Assembly: GCA_964401675.1 (NCBI GenBank)
Contig: CAYNZD010000001.1
Span: 12,007 to 76,006, forward strand
Source of the DNA: Candidatus Woesearchaeota archaeon
Lineage (GTDB): Archaea; Nanobdellota; Nanobdellia; Pacearchaeales; GW2011-AR1
Direction: 5' to 3'
Length of the DNA: 64,000 nt
Shown piece by piece: positions 53,116-63,508 of the stretch. Position 1 is the first letter of the stretch. Each line of letters opens with the position of its first letter. The notes under the pieces are model-generated. The model saw only the letters and a program-made list of their open reading frames with translations, ran no database searches and was not told the origin of the DNA. A program made the position numbers and the translations under genes.

Positions 53116-54540
53116 ATGGAACACAACTACAAAAAAATTGGGTTAAAATCAGGGCTAGAAATTCATCAGCAATTAGACACGCACAAACTTTTTTGTGAAT
53201 GCCCAAGTATTCTAAGAAACGACGAGCCACAATATGAAATTCAAAGAACACTAAATCCTGTTGTAGGTGAAACGGGAAAAATTGATGTAGCAGTAGCCCA
53301 CGAAAAATTACAAAATAAAAAATTTGCATATCAGGTTTATGATACAAATTGCCTTGTTGAAATAGACGAAGAACCACCACATGAAATTAATCAGGAAGCC
53401 TTAAAAATAGCATTGCAAATTTCACATCTTTTAAGTTGTAAAATATTTCCCGTTGCACAGGTCATGCGTAAAACCGTAATTGACGGCTCGAACACAACAG
53501 GATTCCAACGAACAGCACTCATTGCCCACGACGGCTATATTGAAATTTCTTCAGGAAAAATCTCAATCGACGCTATAATGCTAGAAGAAGATTCAGCAAG
53601 AGCGGTATCAGAAAAAGATGGGGTAAAAACTTACAAATTAGACAGATTGGGAATTCCATTGGTTGAAATTGCAACAGGTCCGCATATGCATACCCCAGAA
53701 GAAATCAAAGAAGCCGCCTTAAAAATCGGAGAAATTTTACGAGCCTGTAAAATTAAAAGAGGAATAGGAACAATCAGACAAGATGTAAATATTTCAATAA
53801 AAGGAAGTAAGCGAGTTGAGATAAAAGGTTTTCAAGATACAAAAATGATGATAAAAACAATCGACATTGAAATCACAAGACAAGAAAAATGTGTTAAAGA
53901 AAAATCCTGCAAGAACGAAGTTCGGAACGCACTCCCCGACGGAACAACAGAATTTCTCAGACCAATGCCAGGAGCTGCGCGAATGTATCCCGAAACAGAT
54001 GTTCCACTTTTAAAAATATCTAGAGAGTTAATGTATGAGACGAAAAAGAACTTGCCAAAACTCACATCCGAACACAAATCTTATCTTTCTGAATTTGGCC
54101 TCAACGATGAATTAATGAAACTTATTCTAAAACAAAACAAGGTAGAAGATTTTAAAATTCTCACAAAAACAATTTCCAATTACGAATTAATCGCAAAATC
54201 ACTTACACTATTCCAAGTCGAAATTGGGAAAAAAGAAAACAAATCTAAAGAAAAGATTAAAGAACTTTTTAATACACACACTCTTGAAGCTATTCTAGAA
54301 GAAGTGGGAAAAAATATTTCAGAAAATGATGTAAAAATAGTAATGCAAAAAATCGCACAAGGAAAATCGTTAAACGAGGCGATGAAAAAATCTGACATCA
54401 ACCTGAAAAGTGAAATTGAAAAATTAATAAAAGAAAAACCTGAACTATCACAAGGCGCTTACATGGGATTAGTTATGGGAAAATTCAAAGGCCAAGTTTC
54501 GGGAAAAGAAGTTAGTGATATCTTAAAAAAATTATTTTAA
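53116..54540 (+). CDS. gatE: glutamyl-tRNA(Gln) amidotransferase subunit E
   Basis: GLEIHQQLDTHKLFCECP ... VMRKTVIDGSNTTGFQRT is the GatE hallmark. The C-terminus AYMGLVMGKFKGQVSGKEV is YqeY-like. At 474 aa it is shorter than typical GatE. Confidence 0.75.
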   Translation: MEHNYKKIGLKSGLEIHQQLDTHKLFCECPSILRNDEPQYEIQRTLNPVVGETGKIDVAVAHEKLQNKKFAYQVYDTNCLVEIDEEPPHEINQEALKIALQISHLLSCKIFPVAQVMRKTVIDGSNTTGFQRTALIAHDGYIEISSGKISIDAIMLEEDSARAVSEKDGVKTYKLDRLGIPLVEIATGPHMHTPEEIKEAALKIGEILRACKIKRGIGTIRQDVNISIKGSKRVEIKGFQDTKMMIKTIDIEITRQEKCVKEKSCKNEVRNALPDGTTEFLRPMPGAARMYPETDVPLLKISRELMYETKKNLPKLTSEHKSYLSEFGLNDELMKLILKQNKVEDFKILTKTISNYELIAKSLTLFQVEIGKKENKSKEKIKELFNTHTLEAILEEVGKNISENDVKIVMQKIAQGKSLNEAMKKSDINLKSEIEKLIKEKPELSQGAYMGLVMGKFKGQVSGKEVSDILKKLF

Positions 54541-54761
54541 AAATCCGCTAATTCCCCACGCTACCAACAGAGCCATAACAGCACCAACAGAAAAAACAAT
54601 AATCATATTATTTGAACCTGAAGTTGAGCCAAAACCAGCACCAACAGCACCAGAAATCGCAGCAACCCAAAACATATTTTTTTTATTCATCACATCTAAA
54701 AAACTTTTCAATTTAAAAACTTAACCCCAATTTTTATAAACTCAAATCAATGTAGATTAAG

Positions 54762-56048
54762 ATGGAAAGAACAATGATTAATGACTCCTTCGAAAAAACT
54801 GGAAAGATTTTAGTTAAAGGATGGGTTCACGAAACAAGAGATTTGAAAAAAGTAAGATTCCTTATACTTAAAGATAGCTCTGGAAGAATTCAGATAACAG
54901 GTGTTGAAGGAAAAACAAATCCCGAAACATTTGAGCTACTAGATAATCTAAATAGAGAATCCGTCGTAGAAGTCGTCGGAGAATTAAAAGAATGCAAGCA
55001 AGCGCCGGGAGGAAAAGAGCTTCTGCCAGACTCAATAACCATAATCGCAGAAGCTGAAAATCCACTGCCAATTGATGCATCGGACTATTCAAAAACAGAA
55101 CTCCCCTTAAGGTTAGACAACAGATTTTTAGATTTACACTCCCAAAGAACTCAAGCAATATTTAAAATTCAGTCAACGATAGGCTCTTCTTTCTTGAACT
55201 ATTTCATAAACAAGGGATTCGTGTACGCGCACCCTCCATCAATTATATCAGCAAGCTCAGAAGGTGGAACGGAATTATTCAAAGCAAAATATTTTGAAAA
55301 AGAAGTTTTCCTAGCACAATCCCCTCAGTTATACAAGCAAATGATTGCATGTTCAATGGAAAACATGGTAACAATAACTCCTGTCTGGAGAGCAGAAAAA
55401 CACAATACCGTCCGCCATCTAAACGAATGCAGACAAATGGATATTGAAATGGCGTTTTCAGACACGAAAATCGTAATGAAAGAAATGGAGGGCGCCGTTA
55501 AATATATTGTCGAACAAGTAATCGCAAAAAACAAAAAAGATTTAGACATACTTAATCTTAAATTGGAAATCCCAAAAGTCAAATATCTAACCTTTGCAGA
55601 AACAAAAATACTAATGGAAAAAAATAAAGTAAAAATTGAAAAAAACGATTTAACTGGAGAAGCAGAAAAAAAACTTAACGAATTATTCCCAAATACTCTG
55701 ACTTTCGTATACGATTGGCCAATGAAAGGAAAACCATTTTATATCATGCCAAAAGATGAAAAAGCTGACGCAGAAATGAGCGAAGGTTTCGACGCAATCT
55801 ACAAAGGAATGGAAATCAGTTCCGGCGGACAAAGAGTTCATATTCCAAAATTATTAGAAAAAAGACTAAAAGCGAATAAATTAAACCCAAAAGATTTCAA
55901 GTCTTATATCGATAGTTTCAGATTCGGAGCCCCGCCTCACGCAGGATGGTCAATCGGAATTGAAAGATTCACACAAGTTTTATTAGAAATGGCAAATATC
56001 AGAGAAGTCTGCATGTTCCCACGAGACCGAGATAGATTGACACCTTAG
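54762..56048 (+). CDS. aspS: aspartyl-tRNA synthetase, archaeal type (likely non-discriminating given Gat systems nearby)
   Basis: N-terminal OB-fold (VKGWVHETRDLKKVRFLILKD), class II motifs (FRAE, GxGxGxER-like GWSIGIERF) and QSPQLYKQ. Confidence 0.85.
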   Translation: MERTMINDSFEKTGKILVKGWVHETRDLKKVRFLILKDSSGRIQITGVEGKTNPETFELLDNLNRESVVEVVGELKECKQAPGGKELLPDSITIIAEAENPLPIDASDYSKTELPLRLDNRFLDLHSQRTQAIFKIQSTIGSSFLNYFINKGFVYAHPPSIISASSEGGTELFKAKYFEKEVFLAQSPQLYKQMIACSMENMVTITPVWRAEKHNTVRHLNECRQMDIEMAFSDTKIVMKEMEGAVKYIVEQVIAKNKKDLDILNLKLEIPKVKYLTFAETKILMEKNKVKIEKNDLTGEAEKKLNELFPNTLTFVYDWPMKGKPFYIMPKDEKADAEMSEGFDAIYKGMEISSGGQRVHIPKLLEKRLKANKLNPKDFKSYIDSFRFGAPPHAGWSIGIERFTQVLLEMANIREVCMFPRDRDRLTP

Positions 56049-56180
56049 GATAATTACAAAAAATTTTGTAAATATTCTATTATGGGATATAAATAGCAAA
56101 CTTCTTTAAACTTCATGTTAAATAGCATTTAAATTTAACACTCCAAAAGATATTTATAGTAGAATATTATATTATATTAT

Positions 56181-56963
56181 ATGGGGTGGAAAAATTGGTC
56201 TGCTTGGTTGAAGGGTACAATAATTGGACTTATTATTCCATGTATATACCTATTTTTAACAACTTTATTTTTTTATTTAGTTCCCTCAGGACCCTATGCT
56301 GCAGAAAAAAACTTTCTTCTTTTCTTTAAAATCTTTATCTCATCGTTCACTGACCTCACTTATGTTATAGTTTTTTTTGTTATTTATTGTTTTTTAATAG
56401 GACTAATAATAGATAAAAAAAGAGGTCCTATCACACAGCATAGTATAGCCACCATCAGTTTTTTGATTCCTTGGGCGTTTTTTATAGTAGCCGCAATAAT
56501 TATTATTTTAACTATGATGTTTTCAGGAGAGGCCATGGTTGGGATATTTATTTTCCCTTTAGCAGGTTTTACTTTTATTATATCCTTCATTTGTATGTTA
56601 GTTGGTTTAAAATTAAATTATAAGAAGCCAGAAAAAACTACTATTATAAAAATGGCTGAGGAAAAAGCAAAGCCAAGCATGGCAAAAGCAATAGTTGCTC
56701 TGATTTTAAACATTCCGCTTCCAGGCCTTGGTAGTATTATAGGCGGGAGAACTCAAACAGGAATCTTACAACTAATACTTTTCATTGTTATTTATTTTGT
56801 TCCTTGGCTGATAATTTCCTTTTTTTATATTGCGCAGAGTTTTCTTTTTTTATTAGGAACTATATATAAAATTTTAATAGCAGCGATATGGATATGGGGA
56901 ATTATAACAGGAATACAGATTATTAAAGAAGCAGTATTAAAAAATAAAAAAAATAAAATTTAA
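56181..56963 (+). CDS. polytopic membrane protein, hypothetical
   Basis: 260 aa with about 7 TM helices. Confidence 0.4.
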   Translation: MGWKNWSAWLKGTIIGLIIPCIYLFLTTLFFYLVPSGPYAAEKNFLLFFKIFISSFTDLTYVIVFFVIYCFLIGLIIDKKRGPITQHSIATISFLIPWAFFIVAAIIIILTMMFSGEAMVGIFIFPLAGFTFIISFICMLVGLKLNYKKPEKTTIIKMAEEKAKPSMAKAIVALILNIPLPGLGSIIGGRTQTGILQLILFIVIYFVPWLIISFFYIAQSFLFLLGTIYKILIAAIWIWGIITGIQIIKEAVLKNKKNKI

Positions 56964-57108
56964 AAAACAATTTATTCTTTTTCTGTACCAAATTTACTTT
57001 TCCTTTGTTTTTCAGTTGGCCCACCATTCTCCCCTTAATTTGAAAAAAAATCATAACTCTGCGAAATTCTTTTAGGACTTCTTGTCATATCTTACAGAAT
57101 TTCATTTT

Positions 57109-57456
57109 CTAAACCCCAACCCTAAACCCATCATCTTTTTTTCTAGGCAAAATATGCCAATGCACATGCGGAATCACCTGCCCTGCAACCTTACCATTAT
57201 TCATAATCAAATTAAATCCTTCTGCCCCAACTTCTTCAACAATTTTCAAGCTAGCCTCCTTGCTAACTCTCAATAATTCTTCATACAATTCCTGAGGCAT
57301 CTCCAAAAAATCCCCATAATGCTTCTTCGAAATAACCAAAGAGTGCCCTTTAACTTTTGGAAAAGCATCCCTAATCACAACAAAATTTTCACTCTCCAAA
57401 ACTTTCTCACTCGGAATCGTCCCGGCAATTATCTTACAAAACAAACAATCGTCCAT
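57109..57456 (-). CDS. HIT-family (histidine triad) hydrolase
   Basis: The HIT motif HVHWHILPR and the N-terminal CLFCKII are present. The track ORF begins 22 codons upstream at 57522. The internal Met (MDDCLFCKII) matches HIT N-termini. Confidence 0.7.
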   Translation of the reverse strand: MDDCLFCKIIAGTIPSEKVLESENFVVIRDAFPKVKGHSLVISKKHYGDFLEMPQELYEELLRVSKEASLKIVEEVGAEGFNLIMNNGKVAGQVIPHVHWHILPRKKDDGFRVGV

Positions 57457-57506
57457 AGCAAACACAATAACCCCAAATTTATAAACCATTCTATCTATCA
57501 ACTTAC

Positions 57507-57779
57507 ATGACAAACAATTCACTTTGGCACGAGGTCACCGAGAAGGAAAAAGAAGAAATAAGAAAAGACTCCAAAAAACTCTTAAATGAATTTGCATCCA
57601 AATTATCGAAAATCAAAGCTCCAAAAAAAGATTCTACCCTATCCGAAGAAAATATATCTGGAACACGAGATGAGGGCAACGGCTGGAACACCGACCCAGA
57701 TTTTAGAGACTTAACTCTTTTGAATGCTCCCTTCGTTGAAGATGATTCAATTGTGGCAGAAAAAGGAGGATGGAAATAA
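57507..57779 (+). CDS. gatC: putative GatC (amidotransferase subunit C)
   Basis: 90 aa. The C-terminal region TRDEGNGWNTDPDFRDLTLLNAPFVEDDSIVAEKG resembles the GatC C-terminal consensus (LReDe...r.e.L.nAP..edg.f.vP). It lies in an overlapping gene string ending in gatA. Confidence 0.45.
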   Translation: MTNNSLWHEVTEKEKEEIRKDSKKLLNEFASKLSKIKAPKKDSTLSEENISGTRDEGNGWNTDPDFRDLTLLNAPFVEDDSIVAEKGGWK

Positions 57780-58384
57780 TGAATCAAGAAGCTAAAATAA
57801 AAAAATTAGATATCCAATTAGCAAATATTCTAGAAGAAAGATTAAACATAGTAAAACAAATGGAGAAAAATGGATTAATTACAGAAGAAGAATTTCAAAC
57901 AAAATTAAAAGGAAAGGCAACAACTTTAATTCTAAACAGTATTTTCAAAGAATTTGAAAAAAGGATAGCAAAACTAAATATTAAATCAATTGTAGCATCG
58001 GGACCCGTAATAATTCAAGATGGAAAACTCCTAGTCGACAAAGATTTGAAAGACGACTTTTATAAAATTCCTGGAGGAACTATTGAACCTGACACAGAGG
58101 ATCTAGAGGAAGCTTGTCATAGAAAGGTTGGAGAAGAAATTGGAGCAAGAATAGAAATTCTCAAGCCACTCCATCCAATGATAATTTGGAAAAACCCTCA
58201 AACAAAAGAAAAAATGGCCATTCTTTTAATTCATTATTTAGCCAAATTAAAAAATCCCGAAGAAATAAAAGCAATTGCTCCAATACAGGGAATAAGATGG
58301 TTGGATATAGAAGAAATAAAACAAGGAAATCATAATGTGGCGCCAAATATAAAATTCTTAATTGATAAAGGAGATATCAAATGA
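57770..58384 (+). CDS. NUDIX hydrolase with an N-terminal coiled-coil extension
   Basis: The Nudix box GGTIEPDTEDLEEACHRKVGEEIG is present. The gene overlaps gatC-like upstream by 10 nt and gatA downstream by 4 nt. Confidence 0.65.
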   Translation: MEIMNQEAKIKKLDIQLANILEERLNIVKQMEKNGLITEEEFQTKLKGKATTLILNSIFKEFEKRIAKLNIKSIVASGPVIIQDGKLLVDKDLKDDFYKIPGGTIEPDTEDLEEACHRKVGEEIGARIEILKPLHPMIIWKNPQTKEKMAILLIHYLAKLKNPEEIKAIAPIQGIRWLDIEEIKQGNHNVAPNIKFLIDKGDIK

Positions 58385-59712
58385 CACTCAAACATAAACT
58401 TAAACAAATCAAATCGGGGAAATTAACTGCAGTTGAAAACTTAATGAATTTTTCAAAAAAAATCGCAACACCAAAAACAAAAGACCTAAATATTTTTTTA
58501 TCTTTAAATGAAAATGCAATTGAACAAGCAAAAGAAATTGATAAGCGAATAAAAAAAGGAACGACAGGCAAATTGGCAGGATTATGTTTTGCAGTAAAAT
58601 CAAATATTTCAGTAAAAGGAATGGAAACAAATTGTGGCTCAAAAGTTTTGGAAGGATATGTCTCGCCATATAATGCAACAGTTATAAATAAACTTTTAGC
58701 TGAAGACGCGATATTATTAGGAATGGCAAATATGGATGAATTTGCATTAGGTTCTTCTGGTGAAACTTCGGCCTTCGGACCGACAAAAAATCCAACTGAT
58801 ACCACACTGATACCAGGAGGAACTTCATCGGGACCAGCAGCAGCTGTAGCAGCAGACTTATGTGATTTTGCATTAGGTTCAGATACTGGAGGATCCATAA
58901 GAAACCCCGCATCTCATTGTGGAATTACAGGATTAAAACCAACGCATGGAGCCGTTTCAAGATATGGACTATTAGATGCGGCAATGACTTTCGACACAAT
59001 AGGACCCCTTACAAGAACAGCTTCAGACGCTAAACTAATTTTCAATATAATCAAAGGACAAGATAATTTTGATCAAACAACAAAAAATACGCCAAAAGAA
59101 AAACCAAAAGTAAAAAAAATAATTGGCTTAGTAAACATGAAAAAATTTGCAGATGAAAAAATTGCAAATCTTATAGAAAAACAAACTGAAAAAATATCGA
59201 AAAAATATAATTGGAAAATCGAAAAAATAGATCTCCCTTTAGATATAACTCTAGAAGCATATTATATAATAAATTACACAGAATTTTTTTCAGCAACAAG
59301 AAAATATGACGGAAGAAGATTCGGTAAAAAAATTGAGAATTTTGCAGGCCCAGAAGTAATCAGAAGAATTTTAGGAGGATCAGAAATAACTAAGGCTGAA
59401 CACGAAGGAAAATTCTACAGAGAAGCATTAAAAGCAAGAAATTATATAAAACAGGAATTCAAAAAAATTTTTGAAAAAGTTGATGCAATAATTCTACCAA
59501 CTTCTCCAAAACTACCACACAAAATAGGAGAAAAAATATCTGTCCAAGAAATGTATAATTACGACGTCACAACAACTCCTGCATCAATCGCAGGACTTCC
59601 AGCGATATCAATTCCCATAGGAAAAATAGAAAATAAACACGTTGGGCTTCAAATTATAACACCACCTTTTCAAGAAGAATTAATTTTTAAATTAGCAAAA
59701 GATTTTGAATAA
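58381..59712 (+). CDS. gatA: Glu-tRNA(Gln)/Asp-tRNA(Asn) amidotransferase subunit A
   Basis: Amidase signature region GGSSGG-like (GGTSSGPAAAVAADLCDFALGSDTGGSIR) with a Ser-cisSer-Lys triad context. Confidence 0.85.
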   Translation: MTLKHKLKQIKSGKLTAVENLMNFSKKIATPKTKDLNIFLSLNENAIEQAKEIDKRIKKGTTGKLAGLCFAVKSNISVKGMETNCGSKVLEGYVSPYNATVINKLLAEDAILLGMANMDEFALGSSGETSAFGPTKNPTDTTLIPGGTSSGPAAAVAADLCDFALGSDTGGSIRNPASHCGITGLKPTHGAVSRYGLLDAAMTFDTIGPLTRTASDAKLIFNIIKGQDNFDQTTKNTPKEKPKVKKIIGLVNMKKFADEKIANLIEKQTEKISKKYNWKIEKIDLPLDITLEAYYIINYTEFFSATRKYDGRRFGKKIENFAGPEVIRRILGGSEITKAEHEGKFYREALKARNYIKQEFKKIFEKVDAIILPTSPKLPHKIGEKISVQEMYNYDVTTTPASIAGLPAISIPIGKIENKHVGLQIITPPFQEELIFKLAKDFE

Positions 59713-60724
59713 AATGCCAGAAATAACATTTCAACAAGCAAAAGAATTTCTAAATAATATAACCAGAAAAGACAAAGTCGCAGTCATCCATCATGATGAT
59801 GGCGACGGCTTCTGCGCTGGAATTTTATATTATGACTGGTGTAAATTAAAAAAAGCCAAAGTTGAACATTTCACTTATGCAATTCACAAATCAAAGTTAA
59901 AAGAATTTAATCTAAAAGAATTTAATAAAATAATTGTCTGCGACCTTGCGCCAGGTTTTATGGCAGAGGAACTTGAGTTAATAAAAGATAAACAAGTTTT
60001 ATATACGGACCATCACCCAAGGGAGGTTCCACTTCCAAAAGAAATTCTAGAATTAATCACCATAAATCAAGGATACATTCCATCCTCAAGAACCACAGGA
60101 GAATTAACCGAGTTAAAACCATGGCTATCCTTAATCGGAACAATCACCGACTCTGGAAATCTCTATCCAGAAAACCAAAATTTTATAGACGAACAACTAA
60201 AAAAAATCAACATGAATTTAGAAGAATTTCAACAAAACATAACAAGCGTAGTTACAAATTTTTTAACTTATTTCGACAAAGATTTAGACAAAGCATTCAA
60301 GATTTTACAAAAAATAAATTCTATAGAAGAAATAAAAAACTTAAAAAAATATTCAGAACCTATTGAAGAAGAAGTTCAGAAGTTCGTAGAAGAATATGGA
60401 AATAAAAAAGAACGATTAGGAAATATAAACTTTTATTATTTCGAACCAAATTTTCCAATAAAAGCTTCTGTTTGCGGAATAATCAGTCATCAAAGTCGAG
60501 ACCAAATATATATTTTTGCAACACCAAAAAGCGACAGCAAACATATTGTATTATCCGCAAGAAATACCTCTCAAAAAATAAATATGACAGAACTCCTTCG
60601 TGCTGGAATGATAAATTTAAAGGATGGTTCAGCAGGCGGGCATCCAGCGGCAGCAGGTGGGATGATTTCTACAAAAGATTTAGAAAAATTCAAACAAAAT
60701 ATAAGAAATTTCATATCAAAATAA
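59705..60724 (+). CDS. DHH/DHHA1-family phosphoesterase (NrnA/RecJ-like)
   Basis: DHH motif region VIHHDDGDGFCAG and DHHA1 motif GGHPAAAGG. It overlaps gatA by 8 nt. Confidence 0.65.
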   Translation: MNKMPEITFQQAKEFLNNITRKDKVAVIHHDDGDGFCAGILYYDWCKLKKAKVEHFTYAIHKSKLKEFNLKEFNKIIVCDLAPGFMAEELELIKDKQVLYTDHHPREVPLPKEILELITINQGYIPSSRTTGELTELKPWLSLIGTITDSGNLYPENQNFIDEQLKKINMNLEEFQQNITSVVTNFLTYFDKDLDKAFKILQKINSIEEIKNLKKYSEPIEEEVQKFVEEYGNKKERLGNINFYYFEPNFPIKASVCGIISHQSRDQIYIFATPKSDSKHIVLSARNTSQKINMTELLRAGMINLKDGSAGGHPAAAGGMISTKDLEKFKQNIRNFISK

Positions 60725-60836
60725 TCTCTCAGAAATAAAAACAGCACTTCCCAACCACATATATCTTTTTAAACAAAAACGCCCCTCTATTATTATACAT
60801 TTCATTTATTGAAAGGAGGTTATTAAAAAAGAGAAA

Positions 60837-61916
60837 ATGCCATTAGATTTTGCAAAAGAAGCGATTCAAAATGCAGAAACCAATTCTATAAGTTTTGATG
60901 ATTTAAAAGCTGGAAAAGCTAACATCAAAGTTTTCGGATGTGGTGGATGTGGATGTAACATGGCGACCTGGCTTTTTAACAAGGGAATAAACGGTGCAAC
61001 AATTTACGGAGTTAATACCGATGCACTTCACTTGTCCATCACAAAAACAGACGAAAAAATTCTTATTGGTAAAGAATTAACACGTGGTTTGGGATGTGGA
61101 GGATACCCTAAAAGAGGAAGAGAAGCTGCTAAAGAATCTCTTACTGACCTGAAAAAAGCTGTTTCGAATTCGGATATGGTTTTTGTTCTGGCTGGTATGG
61201 GAGGAGGATCCGGAACGGGTTCAATTCCAGTAGTTGCTCAATTAGCTAAAGAAGCAGGCGCAGTAGTTATCGCAGTAGTCACAATGCCTTTTGAAGCAGA
61301 AAAAGCAAGAATCGATAAAGCAGAGTTCGGTCTTCAAGAATTAAGAGAAGTTGTTGATACAGTAATTGTATTAGACAACAACAGATTAGTTGACATAGCT
61401 GGTCAATTGCCAATGGAACAAGCTTTCGCAGTTGCGAATGAATTAGTTTCCACAATGATTAAAGGTATTGTAGAAACAATTACACTACCTTCGTTAATCA
61501 ATTTAGACTATGCAGACGTTTCTTCAATTATGAAAAACGGCGACGTAGCAGTAATTGGTATCGGAGAAGATAATTCAAATGCACGAGTAGATGCAGCAGT
61601 TCAGCAAGCTCTAACACATCCATTACTAGATGTAGATTATAGAGGAGCAACTGGCGCATTGGTTCACATTACATGCGGTCCAGATTTAAAACTTGAAGAG
61701 TTCGATACTATCGGAAGACTCGTTACAGAAAATCTTTCGCCAGAAGCACAGGTTATCATAGGAGCAAGAGTCAACAAAGAATTCCAAGGAAGAGTAAGGG
61801 TCATTACAATTATGACAGGAGTAAAATCTCCATACATCTTAGGAAAAAGTTCTAGCACTTTTGATAGAGAAAACCAAATCAGCACAAACGATCTCGGCTT
61901 AGACGATTTAAGTTAA
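60837..61916 (+). CDS. ftsZ: FtsZ/tubulin-family cell-division GTPase
   Basis: GGGTGSG-type tubulin signature (AGMGGGSGTGS), an N-terminal Gly-rich loop and T7-loop region (VLDNNRL). Confidence 0.85.
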   Translation: MPLDFAKEAIQNAETNSISFDDLKAGKANIKVFGCGGCGCNMATWLFNKGINGATIYGVNTDALHLSITKTDEKILIGKELTRGLGCGGYPKRGREAAKESLTDLKKAVSNSDMVFVLAGMGGGSGTGSIPVVAQLAKEAGAVVIAVVTMPFEAEKARIDKAEFGLQELREVVDTVIVLDNNRLVDIAGQLPMEQAFAVANELVSTMIKGIVETITLPSLINLDYADVSSIMKNGDVAVIGIGEDNSNARVDAAVQQALTHPLLDVDYRGATGALVHITCGPDLKLEEFDTIGRLVTENLSPEAQVIIGARVNKEFQGRVRVITIMTGVKSPYILGKSSSTFDRENQISTNDLGLDDLS

Positions 61917-61926
61917 ATACAGAATA

Positions 61927-61966
61927 TTTTTATTTTTATTTTTATTTTTTCTCACCTTCGGGTGAG
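61927..61966. terminator. hairpin (CTCACC-ttcg-GGTGAG) flanked by T-tracts between convergent ftsZ and nitroreductase genes
   Basis: tttttatttttattttttctcaccttcgggtgag lies immediately after the ftsZ stop. The oligo-T tracts fit archaeal termination. Confidence 0.5.
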
Positions 61967-61979
61967 AATTAAATTATTT

Positions 61980-62546
61980 TTAGACAACTTCTCTACTCAT
62001 TTTAACTCTTGGAATCATTTTATTATTTTTCCATTTATCAAAATAAAGAACATCTTCTAATTTCTCTTTTTTCTCCGACTTAGACTTAATTTTTGTTTCT
62101 ATCCCAATCGGGAAAAGTGCCTCAATATGTAATCCTTCAGGAATCTCTAAAGTCCTCCTAACCTGTTCTTTATAAAAATATCCTACCCATGTTGTCACCA
62201 ATTTTTGTCCCACCAAAGCTAATAAAAAATTCTCAATTGCTGCCCCCGCTTGTTGTGAACAAAAACGATTTCCTCGTTTGCCATAATCTCTGACTAAAGC
62301 TGATTCATCTGATACAACGACTACAATATATTTAGCAGTTCCAACAAATTCTTGTTGAGATGCAGCCCCTAACTCTTTGATTTTTTTCTCATCTGAAACT
62401 AAAATAAATTTTGCTACAAACTGCCCCCCTGCGCTCGGTGCGAACCTTGCCATATCAATAGCTCGAATAATCTTTCGCCAATCCGGCTCCTTCAAATCAA
62501 ATCGCCTCACGCTCTTTCTTTCTTTAATAGCATCTTCTAATTGCAT
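61980..62546 (-). CDS. nitroreductase-family protein
   Basis: N-terminus IKERKSVRRF and the conserved FAPSAGGQ motif region. Confidence 0.7.
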   Translation of the reverse strand: MQLEDAIKERKSVRRFDLKEPDWRKIIRAIDMARFAPSAGGQFVAKFILVSDEKKIKELGAASQQEFVGTAKYIVVVVSDESALVRDYGKRGNRFCSQQAGAAIENFLLALVGQKLVTTWVGYFYKEQVRRTLEIPEGLHIEALFPIGIETKIKSKSEKKEKLEDVLYFDKWKNNKMIPRVKMSREVV

Positions 62547-62689
62547 AGAATAAAATAGAATAAGAAGTTTATAAAATTTCCTAAAAGCACGATTTTATCC
62601 ATGAAACATCTCCAGTATTACTTTATGAATTATTGGAAAAAATGATAAAATTTTTAAACATTGCATCAGTTATAAGATAAACAAAAACT

Positions 62690-63508
62690 ATGGAATTAAC
62701 AAATTATCATCTCCACACGAATAAAGGATCCCACGGTCACCTATCATCAAAAGAAGTTATAAAAAAATCAATAGAAGATGGTATTAAATATATTTGCTTC
62801 ACAGACCATTATCCGCTACCGAATCACATAAAAAAAGAAGATGACAGTAACTTTTGTTCTGACGAATATTATGAAGAACTCAAGAAATTAAAAAAAGAAT
62901 ACAAAAACAAAATTAATATTTCCATAGGAGTAGAAATAGACTGGATAGAAGAACTAGAGGATTACTTAAGAAACGAAATTAATAAAAGAAACTATGATTT
63001 TGTAATAGGTGCCATACATTTAATGAAAGATAAAGGAGGAACTCAATATTTACAACCCCATGCAAAAAACAAGCTTATAGAAAATTATAATGGAATTAAA
63101 AATTTCATAACAGAATACTATCGCCAAATTAGACTAATGATAAAATCTGGAATGTTTGATAGCATAGGACACCTCGACAGAATAAAATGGAACAACCAAG
63201 CATACTTCTCTGAAGAAGATGATTGGTACAAAGATGAAATAATAAAATGTCTTGATATAGCAAAAAAACAAGACAACTGCATTGAGGTAAACACATGCGG
63301 ACTCTTTCATTTCGGAATAGAAGAACAATATCCAAACCGCTGGATTTTAGAAGAAATCAAAAAAAGAAACATTCCAATCACTATTGGAACAGATGGACAT
63401 GATTTCGTTAATGATGGATTAAAAGAAGGATATAAAACATTAAAAGAAATTGGATTTACTCATGTATGTATTTATCAAAATCGTGTAAGAAAAAAAATTC
63501 CTCTTTAA
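62690..63508 (+). CDS. PHP-domain phosphoesterase (HisJ-type histidinol phosphatase-like)
   Basis: N-terminal NYHLHTNKGSHGHLS and ICFTDHYP, which are PHP metal-binding His motifs. Confidence 0.65.
   Translation: MELTNYHLHTNKGSHGHLSSKEVIKKSIEDGIKYICFTDHYPLPNHIKKEDDSNFCSDEYYEELKKLKKEYKNKINISIGVEIDWIEELEDYLRNEINKRNYDFVIGAIHLMKDKGGTQYLQPHAKNKLIENYNGIKNFITEYYRQIRLMIKSGMFDSIGHLDRIKWNNQAYFSEEDDWYKDEIIKCLDIAKKQDNCIEVNTCGLFHFGIEEQYPNRWILEEIKKRNIPITIGTDGHDFVNDGLKEGYKTLKEIGFTHVCIYQNRVRKKIPL

Noticed and set aside
57457-57522. 22-codon N-terminal extension of the HIT protein (MNCLSCKLIDRMVYKFGVIVFA)
   Set aside because: HIT proteins begin at the CxxC-containing MDDCLFCKII. The upstream extension is probably due to an alternative start codon in the track.
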